Of a DNA stretch of 64,000 nt, positions 31,576-51,067 are shown piece after piece; positions within the stretch are counted from its first letter, which is position 1, and each line of letters opens with the position of its first letter. The translations under genes and the position numbers were made by a program. The notes below the pieces were generated by a model. It saw only the letters and a list, made by a program, of their open reading frames with translations. It was not told the DNA's origin and searched no databases. Origin of the DNA: Paraspadella gotoi (Eukaryota > Animalia > Chaetognatha); the NCBI GenBank assembly GCA_051294375.1, contig CM119264.1:21184645-21248644 (forward strand), in the 5' to 3' direction.

Positions 31576-32669
31576 CCCCCCAAAAAATCCTTATCGATCC
31601 AAGCCACGCCTAACAGCGCCGCCGCCACTCTGCAGTTGCTCCGCTTCCGGCGTCGACTCCGCCGCCGCCGCGCAGAGGAGGACGGCGAAAAACAATTCTC
31701 CAACTTTGATCTCTTTCGAAAAACCATTTGTTATCCCCGAAAAGAAGCGACTTCAGTCGCCGGGCGCCGAGGGGTGGCGGGGTGGGTTGGGGGTTGACAA
31801 AGGATGTTTGTGAACATGGCCCACACTGTCGCCCTTTTCGATTGTCCCTCTATGGATAAGGGTGGAAAATGTTAACGAGTGTAAGTTGGGTTGAGCTTAA
31901 ATAAACTCGGGGCGTCTGCAATGTTCTTCATACTAAGTAAAATGAACTAGGATTGAACGGCCTGAATTGACTGAATTAACAGCAAAGATTAAGATTCGCT
32001 GTTCATTATTTGTTAGCACTTAGCAGACTAATGCTTGTAAGATAAGTTGCGAGTAAGTATGTGTCTTCATATGATAATAAATGCGTTTGAAAAGAAAAGG
32101 TTTGACGAGCGGTCATGTGTAACTTTAAACTGGTACAATTTTACAAAGATCTTGGCAAGCACTGCTCATTTTTGTTTATGAAATTGTTAGATAATCTTCG
32201 TTTAGCGTAAACAAATATCTTTTTTGAGCTTGTTCTGAGATCTAAGAAAAGTTATCTTGGTTTTCAAAATGAATTTTTAACGAACAAATCACAGATTTAA
32301 TTTCAAACCTTCATCAGTGTTAAAACTTTTCTTATCTCAAATTCTAAACAAACGAAAAAGAAAGGAAAAATATACTAAACTTGATAAAGATTTGAAAGGT
32401 TCCTCACAAGTCGCAACCAACGTCACAGAAACAAACGGACCCAAAAAAAATCCTGAGCCAATCGTATTCGTCGATCATGCCAACATCCGGGCAAAACGAT
32501 AAATAACATATAAGGAAAACTAAGGAGAAAACAAAGTGTTTTCTTTTATTTTGGGAAGTTGAATCGGCCGTCGCCTCCAGAAGTTCTGACAGAAGTCTCT
32601 CCTTCTTTTTATTCTCGTCGTCTGCAGCTGCGTGGAGAGGAGGGAGGGAGCTAAAGAGAGTGAGGGAGA

Positions 32670-32788
<119 letters not shown>

Positions 32789-33616
32789 TTTGCATTTGCA
32801 CAATCCTATGCAAATTCCTTCCCATTATCTTCGCGATTCATTCGCTGCTGCAGCGATGGCCTTTCAAAGAAGAGGGAGGAAGGTGAAAAGAATAAAGAGA
32901 GGCGGGGATTAAGAAAAGAGGAGGTCAGATCTAAAAGAGAAGGGGAGATGGGTCGCCCATTTGGAATGTAAAAAAGAGAGGAAGAGTAGGAGAAATAGAA
33001 AATAGAAATAATAGAAAAGGGAATAAAAACGTAGAAAAAGAAAAGAAAGTTAAGAAGGGGAGGAGTCGGGAGGTCGGAAATAAAGGAGAAGGAGGAGAGC
33101 AGAGAGGAATTAGAAATTAAGGAGGAAGAAAGAAATGAAAATGACATGGCAAGAATGTAAAAGAAGAATGAGGAGAAAAGGTGATTGAATGAAAGTGAAA
33201 AAATAAGGGGAAGATGTGATTCATAGAGCGAGTAGGATAGATTTTAGGATGAACACCTATTATTACCAATTGACCAATTAAATGGTTTTTCTCGAATTCG
33301 ATTAATTTAAATACATAGTCGATACTTTTAAACCACATTCTCACCCTCGCCGTTCCCAACGTCGCCCCAATTTTGTTCAAAACTATCAATATAATTTTTT
33401 TTTTCATTGTTTCATAACAACGAAAATCCATCGAACACCCAGCGTTATGAGCTATTTTAGGTTATCATCGTAAAGAGCTTATTATTATTATACTTGGTTC
33501 AGTTTCAAGAGCTCAGGATCGTTAAGTTAATGAATTCCTAAAATGCATTAAAGGTAAACTCGGATGCGGCGTTGCATCGTGAAGAAGAAGAGCCGTCGCT
33601 TCCTCTTCTGCGGAGG

Positions 33617-33657
<41 letters not shown>

Positions 33658-33846
33658 CTCTCTCTCTCTCCTTCCGCCTTCTTTCGGTTTGATCGAGTTT
33701 TAATCTGAGTCAACGTCGGCAATGAATCAAGAGGAGAGTTATTTTTAACAGTCAGTCTTTTGATTAATGGTAGAGTTATGAGTCTCGATTGCGAGTATAG
33801 CTTCTTCTATTTTCTTTCTTTCTTTTCTTTCCTTCTCATCTCTCTC

Positions 33847-33877
<31 letters not shown>

Positions 33878-33955
33878 CTTCTCTCTCTTCTCTCTTCTCT
33901 CTCTCTCTTCTCTTTCTTTCTTTCTTTCTTTCATTGCCTCCTTTCCTCTTTTACC

Positions 33956-34013
<58 letters not shown>

Positions 34014-34128
34014 TTTCTCTCTTTCTTTTCTTTGGTTGCCTCCCTTCCTTTTTACCTCTCTCTCTCTCTCTGAAAAAAAAAAGTGATTGCCTGTCTCTAC
34101 TTTTCATTTTTCCAATCTCTCTCTCTCT

Positions 34129-34160
<32 letters not shown>

Positions 34161-37100
34161 TCTCTCTTTACATCTGCGTCTAACAGACATACCAGCACAA
34201 TTTCCAGCCTGTTTGCCTTTCTCTCTCTCCTTTCGTCCACCGGTTGAATTCGGCGCGACTTGCTCCATGTTTTACTCTTCGTCCCTTGCCTCAAGTTCAA
34301 CAGAGAGCGGCGTCGCGCCCGCAGCGCCCGCTGCGCCACCGCGCCTCGTCGAGTTTTCCCCCGGATATTTGACTTTCTCTCTGACAACCCGCCGGGAAAT
34401 CTATGGATAAAAATTATCCTCGTCTCGACGAGGTTCGATTTTCCGGCGAATCTCCGGCGCCGTTTGTGTGTCCTTCGCCTCCAGGCGGCGACATCACCTG
34501 GCGGCGTCGCGTCCCAGACGAATGTCCCCGGCGTCGCTGAATATTCACCGGTCTCCTTAGTCGTTGTTGTTATATTCTGTGAGAATGAAGTTATTTTTGT
34601 GGAGACGGACGACACGAACCTGAAACCTTCTGATCTCAAACCATTGTCTTTATACTGCTCTCCTCAGAGACGAAGACTCGGGGTCTAATATCAATTTTGC
34701 CGAAATTAGAACTCATTCCAGTATAAATGGCTTTTCATCCAGGACGCCTGAACGCCCACCGGAAATGAGCTCCCGAATTTGGGAAAATTTGGTAATCGTT
34801 CCATTTTCTGATAACTACTATATTATATATAACACCTAATTTTTTACATAATTACCCTAAGGAAATTAGGCTCTCCTTTATGATAGAAATATCACAGATC
34901 GTGGACGTCGAAATTTCAGTTGGCTCATGCAACCGGTTGAAATTTATCAATTATAAAGTCTAGCAGACTAGCCCCCTAAGGTAAGTTCAAGCAAACTTTT
35001 TTATTATTGATTCTACTAAAACCGCCCGATACTACAAACAGTTTTCCGAAAACGACAATGAGAATGACTGTAAAAAAAACTTTTTCATCCATCGATCACG
35101 ACTTTTCCTCTTTTGTCAAACACAATTTTAGGCAGAAACTTGAGAAGGAAGATCGCGACGACGAGCGACGAAGGAGGAAGGACGACCGCGACGAAGACGA
35201 GCTAAGTCAGAAACGACGACGAAGATGACGACGACGACGACCAAAGTCTGAAACGACGACGACGACGAAAAATTACGACGCCATCCGTTTCCGGTTTGAA
35301 AAAAAATCCTTGAGCCTTTTTTTTTCAAGCGGATGCGATAGAGACGTTGAAATGCTGACGATGACGATGACGATGACTATGATGACAGCATCGACGATTA
35401 CGAACTTGGATCACTTGAATCAACATTAAAACGACAAGTTATATCTAAACTTCATTATTATCATTTAATTTTTTTAGCTGTCTCACGAGCTTTGTGCAAA
35501 CGATTCTTTATTCATAAACATTTAAGCTTGCGTCGACGAACACGACGAATAAAAAGACGAGTAGAGCCAAGAATTCACCCCAATAAAACGTCTTTTTTTT
35601 ATTTATTAACGAAATTATTTATTGATATTTTTTTTAAGCTGAGGCAAAGGTCGAAATCAGCTTAGTGTGAGACGACCTGTGGGAGTAAGTCGGTCACATT
35701 GGAGCATCTGCGCTGAGACGGAGTATAAATTGACGACATCTAAGATCCATTGATTTTATGTTCGCGGTTTAATGGATAGAGCACTTAGATTGTTTCCCTT
35801 TGTATCTAAGCGACGCTTTTTTTGTTAAGCTCTCGTTGATGTATGTCGAAGTTGAGGTCGTTGTCGTTTTCGTTCGTTATTTTTGTTATTGATTTGTTAA
35901 TACCGTTGTTCGTTCCGATGAAGACAAAGCCAATGTTAAATTCTTTAAGGTCGTCGAAATGTAGTTAAAGCCTAAGTTGTTGTCCTTTTGTACTTGACTG
36001 CCCTCATCTTCCTTGCCAGACTGCTTTGTCGTTGTCATCGTCATCGTTGTCTCCACCGTCGCGTCGGAATCGTCATTCGTTTTCTTCATCTTTGATTCTT
36101 CCGTCTTTGTAATTGTCGTCCTTTTCGTTTTCTTCTTCTTCGTCAGCGTTATCGTTGTCATTGTCGGTATCTTCGTCGTCGTCGTCGTCGTCGTCGTGAA
36201 GTGGTGAAGACAAAACCCGGTCGGCGTCGTTTTACGAACCCATTTACGGCGTGTTTATCTCGTAACAGTTTTTCCGTCTCTTCTTAAAAGCGGACGACTT
36301 TTATCCTTTTCTTCTTTTCTTCTCCTCTGGAAAGAGAAAGGAAAAAAGCGGAGGGAGAATCAAACGCCAGATTAGACAAAGAAAGGCGAAGAGAAATGAG
36401 CGTTTTTTTTTCACCCAAAAATACATTTGAAGCTGCAGTTTCTGGTTCTGGTTCTGAAATAAAATGGCTAAGAATCAGTCAGACCGACAGACCGACCAAA
36501 CTATAACAACAAATGGGATGTACTGATATAGTACATGTATTTATGATTTATTTTTTTTAATATCTATTTAAGAAAGAAATTAAATAAGGACACCAGACGG
36601 TTATTTTAAACCACAATGAAAAAGTGAATGGTAATTTAAGAAGTCATCTAACAGTTGACATCCCAGGACTCAGTCAAGTCGCCGGATGAAAAACATTCGC
36701 TGATGACTGAATGAAAAAAAACATCATCCATCATTTTACATCATCTTTCTTCTAAAAATACACTTATCGAAAAAAAAAAACTTTTACATTTTTTCCATTT
36801 TTTCCTATCATTATTACGGAAATGTTTCCTGGGAATACATTCCTTTTTCTCTCGTTTCCAGTGTTAAACGTTTATTTTCCAAATATTTTCCGTTATTGAG
36901 TTTACTTTTCGTCATCTTCAAGGATTTGGCGGAAAGCACTTTTTTCAAACTAATTAACAACTAAATTGAGATTATTTTTGTAAAAGTCCGGAATAAATGT
37001 ATACCGAACAAGTCTATAAAATCATCACATTAAAATGAAGTTAAGAAAAAAAACTACTGAGATTCAGCTTACAAAAACTTAAAGAGCTGGGTCAAAATTT

Positions 37101-38561
37101 AAAACTGTAAAACCTGTCAAAATGAAATCGAGTGCTAGATTTAGGAAAACGAGAAAACTCTTTCAGTTTCAATAGTCGCACCTAAAAATTAATTGTCAAT
37201 TTTTATCTCCTGTTAATCTATGTAAGCCTTTATACGTTTTTTATATCAATTAATTTTACAAATAACGAATGAACTGTCGAGTAAATTCAAGTATATTCAA
37301 TAGTAATATAATTAAGTAGAATTAAGATTTTTATGAGTTAGATGTATGCTGAAAACAATTTTTTCTAGTTAAGGGTTAAGGGTTAAGGGTTTCCCTCAAC
37401 AGTTTATGTTAAGCGGGATGTTAGGCGGAATGTGCAACCACAGATGTGTTAAACCGAGCGAGCACAAAAAAGTATTGAATTATCGTCGCTACTCGCCTCT
37501 CATTTCTAAAATAAATAAAAGAAAGATCTTTTTTTTCTTCGTGTGAACCCGTTTCAAATCCAGGGCTCGAACTTAGTCCGAATGATTATCTGTTATGTTG
37601 ACGACTTCTCCATCTGAAACTAAAAATAAGTAACTTATGAAAATTTGCAAAATTTCTTGTTTCACTATGTAACTTTATTATAAAAAAAAACATTTTTGTA
37701 AAAATCTTTCTCATCGTCTTTTCCCGAAATTTTTTCTTCATCAATATAAATTCAAAAGTCCCAAGTCTTTCAATATTTCATTTTGTCATAAACAAAACCA
37801 CAAAAAGACACAAAGTAACCAATAAAAATCGTCGATAAAAAAAATATATGAATAGTAAATGAATAGAATCTACGATCGAAATATCCTGGTTTTCCACACA
37901 CAGCGTTTTTTTTGGACTCACAAAAAGATCCTTTTTTTTAATCAGAAAACAATATTTATGCTTATCTATCATTTCATATACATTTTATTATAACTTCTAT
38001 TACTGCTAAAATATTATTAAGAAATTATAAAACGTTATACCATGTTATATATATATTTATTTACATTTATTCAAAGAAAATTATTTGAAAAGCATTTATA
38101 AAAAAAAAGGGTATAATAGCTTTAATAATCAATTTAGAGTTTTAAGTTTACCTAAAATCAAAATCCTTTTCTCACGAAAATCAGAGATAAAACAGATAAG
38201 GATTATAAAAAGACCACAAACATAGATCGATCCAAGCCGCTTAAGAAAAGATAAAAAAACTATTTCCAATGAATAAAAGATATAAAAAATTTTAATTGAA
38301 GATTGCATATTCACTAATGAATAAAAATAATATCTAAAAAAAAAATTTGAAACTAAAAAGAAAAGATGTTTAAACTGTCACATGAATAATTTACTGTGTT
38401 ACACAAGTCATACTTAATGACGCAATAGTGGCTAAACTATCAAAATGTAAATGTTTTCAAAATGTCTTTTCGAGTAATTTTTGAAAACTTAAAAACTTTA
38501 TTTGAACAACTTTCTACATGTTTGTTTGTTTGTTTGACATTATGACGTACAGAATCGCAAC

Positions 38562-40273
38562 ATGACGTCGACAGAAGCCAATAAAACGTCGGAAATCGTG
38601 TTTAACGGAACCGAAGTGACGACGACGTCGTCGACAACGATGACGACGACAAACCGCCAAGTAATACTTGCGTCGCCCGAGCACGATGGGCAAATAGTGG
38701 AGATGTTAAACAAAGGTAATGTAAAGAAAGACCTAATGTTCCCTTGCATTTGCAAACGGTATGTTCGACCCCGGACGACGCTTCGTTATCTATTCTGACT
38801 TGTACTGACTTGTTTCATCCTGCGACATTTGGTTGAAAATTTTTTTTTTTTTTTTCCTCTGAAATAAAAAAGACAATTGGTTGAAAAGGTTTTGACGGCG
38901 AACTTGGCAGATATATTCAGCATCATACTTATTTATATGCAAACATTAAAATTTAAATTATTACAAAAGTGCTCAGTCAATCCTTCGATCTTTTATCATC
39001 TCATCTTCACCAATTCTTTGAAGGGTTCATGGACGATCCTCTCTCCGTCTACTTCTGGCCCGACGCCTCCCTCCGGCCCTTCGGTCACAGAGCCATGTTC
39101 ACGAGCTATTTGGAGAATCAACGGGTCGCTGACGGCGGTGGATTCGTCAGCGTCCTCGTCGAGGAAGGAAAAGTGAAGGCGAGGCGGGACGGAGGTTGCT
39201 GCTGCTGTAGTTAGTGTTGTTGGTGGTCTTGTATACAGCCCGGATGGAGAAACTGCGTTGATAGAGGAAATACGGATATTATATAGGTAGTCAGGACCGT
39301 GAGGTATCTGACGTATCGTGATGAAAGATTAGCATACCAAACTATAAAAAAAAATATTAAGGAATGCAGATCAAAAATTATTTGACACTTAATGGAGTAT
39401 ATTAGTATGGATTGACACACAAGAAGACTATTTTCGTTTCAAAATTTTCTCAAGGGCGGCTTCTCTCCATGCCCCTCCCCATGCCTCGACCTCATAACCC
39501 CACCAGGCGGCCTCCATCTGGAACACATCCGATACGAGCTTCCGATGTCGCGCCAACATCATCCTCAACGCCCTCAAGTTCCTCGGCGCCAGGGAGGGCT
39601 ACAAATGGTACCGTAGCTACCACGTTGAGCTCCATCGGTGTTGCTCGGTGATGTTCGAGGAGATGAAGCGGGTCGTCGGCGTCGCGGACGAGGCGGAGAT
39701 CGCGTCGCCCGACTTCATCGGCGTCGACGCCGAGAGTCAAGGTGAAGATCGAGTCAAGATGGAAAAATGGAGCGGGGCCGACGGGGGAGTTGGGAAATCA
39801 GTCTCGATGCTTCTGGAAAGTACGATGAGAGAGAAAAAGGAGAAAAACAACTACTTTAGATACTGTACTACATTTAAATTTATTTTCATGTGGCTTTTTA
39901 ACAACAAAATTGTTGAGCGGGACCTTTATTATATTATATTGCATTTAAAAAAAAAAAAAACTTCTAAGGGTAGTAATAATTTCTATTGATTTTGATATTT
40001 TTTGGCACTAAGCAGCAAGTACATAGCTTCCTAAACGAATGACTATCATTGCTCATTTGTTTCTTTTTAGGAAAAGGGTACGGCTCTGACATCATGCGAG
40101 ACGCCTTGAATCGCTGCGAAGAACTAGGGAAAACAGTATTCATCTTCACATCCAACCCCAAAAATCATAATTTTTACAGACGTAATGGCTTTAAAAAAAA
40201 ATGTGAAAGAAACTTTAATGGAGTGACTTTAAGCGGCTTTGCGAAAAAGTCGGTAAAGATTCACTTCACTTAA
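38562..40273 (+). CDS. GNAT-family N-acetyltransferase (puromycin N-acetyltransferase-like), exons 38562-38715, 39024-39178, 39507-39741, 40071-40273 (~248 aa)
   Basis: Exon phases match (747 nt). Motifs GFMDDPL..FWP, GKVKAASIW, FIGVDAESQGKGYGS (acetyl-CoA motif A, Q/RxxGxG) and IFTSNPKNHNFYRRNGF. Confidence 0.85.
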
Positions 40274-40868
40274 TTTTTAGATTTTTACAACCAAAGATTT
40301 ATATTGCTCCCTTTTTATATTTCGATTTTTCTATTTGAAAAATATTTTTATTTCCAACTGTAGTTAAATACGCCTTTAATAAGGTGATGCACTTCTGTTT
40401 TTAAAGATGTCGCCACGCGTCTCGTCGGGAATTGCCGAGGAATATTATACAAAAAAAAGGGTCTTTTTTGGTCGTTATCAGATTTCCTTAAAGATTAATC
40501 GAAGTAAAAAAACCCCGATTAATCAATGAATGGCAATAAAGCCAAATCTAAACAATGTAGATTGTAGGCTTCTGTTCAAAGAATTTTAGAACATTATATA
40601 ATATAATATATTATAGTAAGCTTATGATATTTTGTATTATTTTTTAATTATTTGGATCAATGCATTCATACATTTCACAGACTATGTGGGCTAAGTAAAA
40701 CCTTAACCCACGGTGAGAGAAAACGATAAGCTAACAAAGAAGAACAATGCTAGAAAGCTATTAAGAAAGAATAAAGAAAAAAGAAACAAAGAAATAAATA
40801 AAGAAAGAAAGAAAGAAAGAAAGAAAAAAAGAAAGAAAGAAAAAAAGAAAATCTAAAGTATGTAAGCT

Positions 40869-41090
40869 TTAGGGTTTGTGGAGAGGATGTAACCCCGGCT
40901 GGGACGGTATAGTATGTGGAAGTGGCAGTAGCGTCGTCGTCGGCGGCGGCGGTGGCTGGGACGATGACAGCGGCGACGTTGACGATGGTTCCGTTGCGGC
41001 GGCGACGGTAGCACCGGTGACGACGATAAGGGCGGGAGTTTTATGGACAAAATTGAAGGCTATGAGAAGGAATAAGGAAATGAAATCCAA
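40869..41090 (-). CDS. Possible secreted peptide or first coding exon: signal-peptide-like start plus S/T/P-rich stretch
   Basis: MDFISLFLLIAFNFVHKTPALIVVTGATVAAATEPSSTSPLSSSQPPPPPTTT; GC-rich island; no downstream exon identified. Confidence 0.3.
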   Translation of the reverse strand: MDFISLFLLIAFNFVHKTPALIVVTGATVAAATEPSSTSPLSSSQPPPPPTTTLLPLPHTIPSQPGLHPLHKP

Positions 41091-42432
41091 GGATAGAAAA
41101 ACAATAAAACTGGAGAACCAACAACAGGAACGGAACCTAAAAAGAAGACGACGACGTGGCCGAGTGAACAGGAGATCACGTGACCTAGCTCGGAGAAAAA
41201 TAAACGCTTATACTCCTTTTATTTTAAAAAGTATAAGTGGGGAATGAGGAGGATACAAAAAATGAACCTCAAGTATTAAAATTAAAATTATCTGGTTGAG
41301 CTTTTTTCTTCGTAATCCGTAATGTATCCGGACACAGACGGACAGACGCTGAAATGAAATGAAATTTGTAAAAAGAGACAAAAATAGAAAATAACAAGAA
41401 ACAAGAAAATAATGTCGGGTTTGTGAAAGCAGAGAGAAAAGCAGAGAGAGAGAAAGATAAAAAGTGATAAGGAAAGTGTGATGTTTTCTATTTTGCTTTC
41501 CAAATATTATCATTCACTCGTATGATGCGTTCAAGTCTTCGTCATCATCGTTGTCGACTTTTCGTCGTCATCATCTCCGTCACTGACGTCGTCATATTCT
41601 TTTTCTAGTTTCTCGCCACCAGTTTTCCGTTTTTTCCTTTTTTTTACCCTTTTTTTCCCTTTTTTTCCCTTTGATTTTCAATTTTTCTCTTTTTCTTTTC
41701 CTTAGTAATTCTTTTTATGGTTTTTCCTCTTCTTTTTCCTATTCTTTTTCATTTTCTTTTCCTCTTTTTTTGTCTCTTCCACTTTCTTTTTGACTTATTT
41801 CCTTTCCCTTTTTTCTCTTTTCTTTCCTTCATTTTCCTCTTTTCCCGCGGCAACGCCACGCCCTCCGACCGCCGCTAAAACCCACCGACGTCAGATTGAA
41901 AAGCGCAGTTTCGAGGGAAAAGGAAACGCCCTCTCTCGGCCCGCGGGTGTCGGGCTACGAGAGTGACCGTCTTTTGTTGGGTTGCTGGCTTGTTGCGTTT
42001 CCTCACCAAGATCGGAAAATTCATTTTCCGACTTTTCCTCTCGATCCTCGATTCTCGATCCCACCAGCTTCCAATGTCGTATAGTTCTAATCTCTTTTTT
42101 TTTAATTCTGTATCTTACTAAGTTTTCAAACTCATTACCTTTCTAATTCAGCTCTATTTTTCTTAAACAATCTTTTTAAGTTTTTTTTATTTTCCCTTTT
42201 TCATCACCTAATACTTTTTCTCTATCCCCTTCCTTCTTTCCCTTTCTTCATTCCGATTCCCCAATCCCCATCCGCCTTCTCTTCATCACCTTCTCCTCTA
42301 AATTCCCCAGCGACGAACATTCCACAATCACGTCGCATCCACACACAACACTTCACCGCTTCATGTCTTTCATGAGGCTGATAATGTGAGAGCTTATGGC
42401 CGATCAAACTCACAAGAGTTAGGGTGACGATA

Positions 42433-42473
<41 letters not shown>

Positions 42474-44616
42474 CTCTATATGACGCAGAGACAGATCACG
42501 CTTAATTTGCTTCCCACCCTACTTATGATCATTTTTACTTCACTCGTCGCCATATTTGATTCATAATCTTTTAGCTATAGTTGTTGTTTGGTACTCGGAG
42601 ACCTAAGGTACTGTCTCCATGAGTGTTAACCGCCCACAAGAAGGGCAATAGGGTCAGGAAAAGAAGAAATCTGACAAAAAGTCCAGAAAAATGCTTATAA
42701 AAAATTATAGTAGCGTTATGTTAGGAGCCTTGGTTACTTTACGAATATACATAATGAGCTTTAACAATAGATATTCATTATCTCCAGAAAAAGAGCAATA
42801 TTTCAGACCCATTATTAAATAATTTTTTATCTGGGAATAGTACAAAATATGCAAATGAATGATGATACTAGAATTATAAAATAATTTTTTTTTTATCTAC
42901 ATTTGAACTTGTTCATTGTAATAGACCATCATCATCAACAGCAAAGATTTTCAAAAAGATTTTTCAAAAGAGCATCTTTTGCCAATATGCATGATAAATT
43001 TGGCTGCTTAATATGCAAGAATAATATGCTTAATTAATTTTTAATTATTGAAGAAGATAGAATAATTCAATATTTGAAAAAAACATTTTTGTGTTCAGAA
43101 TTTTAGATCTAGACTATGAACCAAAATTTTGCATTTTGAAAAAAATCAGATTCAAGGCATTTGATTTTGGAACAATCTGATGTTTTTCGTTTTTTGATAT
43201 CTTTATTTTTTATGCAAAACTAAAATTCTGAATGACCATTGGTCAAGTCGAATATTTTTTTTCCAAATCTTTAAAGAAGTAAAGCTATGCTCAAATTGAG
43301 AATATTAAATGTTTTATGTAAAAAAAATGATAAAAGCTTAAAATAAAATAAAATTTAAAAATATATGTTTGCATTTGTATCTATTTAAAATTGTAATATG
43401 ATAACAAGCAGTGGGTTAAGCTTTTTGTTTCCAGTTAAAAATAATGAAAAATGATTATTTTTTTTCACAGACAAAAAGGTAGACAACCAAACTGTTTATA
43501 TTAAACTGAAAATAACTTTTAATTTATAATTTTACACATATTTAAAATAACATTTTATCATGCTACTATATGTATTTTTGCTTGTTTTTTACTTTAACTA
43601 AAAAATACATGCAAATTTATGGAGTAAAAGAGCTTTATTGGTAATCAAAATGTAATTCAGTCTTTCCTTTTTCCAAATCTGAAAGAAAAAACAAAAAAAT
43701 TATATGCCTTCATTAAAATTTTTAACTCTGAAAACTGTTATACTTTTAACTAGGTATTAAACAAATCCTGTCTTAACATTTTTGGATAAAATTTATAGAA
43801 ACTAGTTCAGAAAGGTGCCCAAGATTAGGGCTTTAATTTGATACCTCGCCCACCATCCTATCTCTTTTCTTCAAAAATTAACTTTTTTTATCATCGGAGA
43901 ACTAAGGATTTGAACTACGCAGTACAAATCTTTGTTAAATAAAAATTTTGGCAAAGCGGGAGTATCTATATTTATCCTATTTGTATAATACCTAAATTTC
44001 AAAATAAAAACTAAAGAAAAATTTTTAATCATCTAGAGACATATCACTTTCAGTTATACCCATCGTCTTACTCGGTTATGGCTTATGGTTTAAGAATTCA
44101 GAGATAAAGTATCTGTCCAAATTTCAACTTTACACTGTATTTTACTGTATCATTCTAGCCGAATCATATTTTGCATGTATTTGTCCAGCATAACTGTCAG
44201 GAAGGGATGGCTTGTTGGTACAAATGGTCAGACAAAGTAAATTCAATGACCGATAATTTTTTTTTCGTGCACATGAAATTAAGCGTGATCTGTCTCTGCG
44301 TCATATCTCTAGCTCTCTCTTGGTTCTCTCTCCGTTTAAAAATTCGTCAGCAAGAGTAAGCTCCCCTCTTAATTTAGTCTTATATACCGATAAAACATGA
44401 ACTCTTCGAAAGTTGTGAAAAAATTCGGTTTTTTTTTCCTAGTTCACCTTTCTAGGAAAAAGAACTGTAAAGTGTACCTAGATTGTGATAATAAAACTTG
44501 GTTAGGCGTAATTTTTGATCAAGAATTTTTTCTAACAATTTTTTTTCAAGATGACATCTTTCGGTCATGCATCAGAAAGTGGAGATGGTAAACAAAAGAG
44601 TGATTGATGAAGCAAG

Positions 44617-44678
<62 letters not shown>

Positions 44679-45317
44679 ACTCTTTCTCTCGCTTTCTTTC
44701 TCTGTCTTTTCCAGCATCTTTTTCTCCTGCTGCTTTTATGCAGTTCTTTTGTTTGAGTTCTCTTTTTGCGTCAGAAAAACGCCAACAGGAGTTGCGAATG
44801 TAAAAAGAAATAAAAATTTCTTTTAATACTGTTTCTTTTTCGATTTTTCCGTTTGGATTAATAAAAAGTAATTATATTTATTTGTAATACCAGAACAACA
44901 AAAATTTAAAAACAACTTCAGGGCACTTATACAATAATTCAGCTAAAATTACATTTTATTTCGGACTTTTAAATGATTGGCCATGGAGAAGGAACAAAGA
45001 GTATAATCGCTCATGGTGACATCTTTTTTCGGCAGTAGGATAGGTCACGTTGTAAGTGACGTCAACATTGTTATTAATTTATTTCTACACAGCATTTTCA
45101 TTGTTCAAACATAACATCCATCTTAACTAATTAAAATATATTTTACTGCCGAAAAAATCAATAATCTTTAAGAAAAATACAACTTTCTTAGCTTTTTATA
45201 AAAGAACGTAAAAAAATTTTTAAAAGCTATCATGAAATGAAAACCAAAGAAACAAAAAAAAAAAAAAAAGACATCCGAGTTAAGTCCTGAATCAAGAACT
45301 AAATTAAGTAATGAAAT

Positions 45318-50264
<4,947 letters not shown>

Positions 50265-50928
50265 CTTTAATCTCCGTCAAAAAATTAACTTATAGAAAAG
50301 TAAATATCAATATAATTAAAAATTGATCTTAAGAATGATACTGTAGAATCAATGTCCATTTAAACGATATTTTCACTTTAAAGTTTCTTTTTTTTTATTT
50401 CATCAAAAAGTAATGATAATAAAATTACTAAAAAACACTATCTACTATCTATCTATCAGTATCTAGTATTATTTTGAAAAAATAAAAACGCCAAAAAAGA
50501 AAAATAATAAATCATTAAGACACAATGTTAAATAGAAATCCTTAATAAAAAAAAAGAAAATAAAAAGAGAACAAACAAAAATCGGAGCGACCTTATTCTC
50601 TCAAAAATTATTTTCAAGTACGAAAAATTCAACGTCAACTAGTTTAAATTTACCGACTCTTTATCAGTAGACAAAAAAGAAAAAATAAAACTTTCTGAAA
50701 AAAGATAACATGACTTTAGAAAGAGATTCGTCTAAAAATTTAGAAAATAATATTAGTTCGACCGAGTCACGTGAGCGGTCAAACGGGTTCCTTTTTATCC
50801 TTATTTAATTGAATCAAGAGGAAAATGAAAAGAACCACAACAACGTACATTTTAGGGTTGACATCGGAGTGAGAAAATGTACTATTTTTATGTTTTTTTT
50901 AAATAAAACAGTTTTCAAAATTCTGATT

Positions 50929-51002
50929 AACAAGTTTGAGCAAACAATGTCGGATCTGCCCACGATAATTAAGCTGTAATCAGATAATAAATAAATAAAT
51001 AA

Positions 51003-51067
<65 letters not shown>

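Noticed and set aside
34097-34688. Overlapping 180-aa and 142-aa ORFs
   Set aside because: No recognisable domain, non-ATG starts, and no chainable splice sites; explained by local GC richness.
35886-36230. Thr/Lys-rich or acidic ORFs
   Set aside because: Derived from (GAC/GTC)n-like low complexity; every frame after the nearby acceptor hits a stop.
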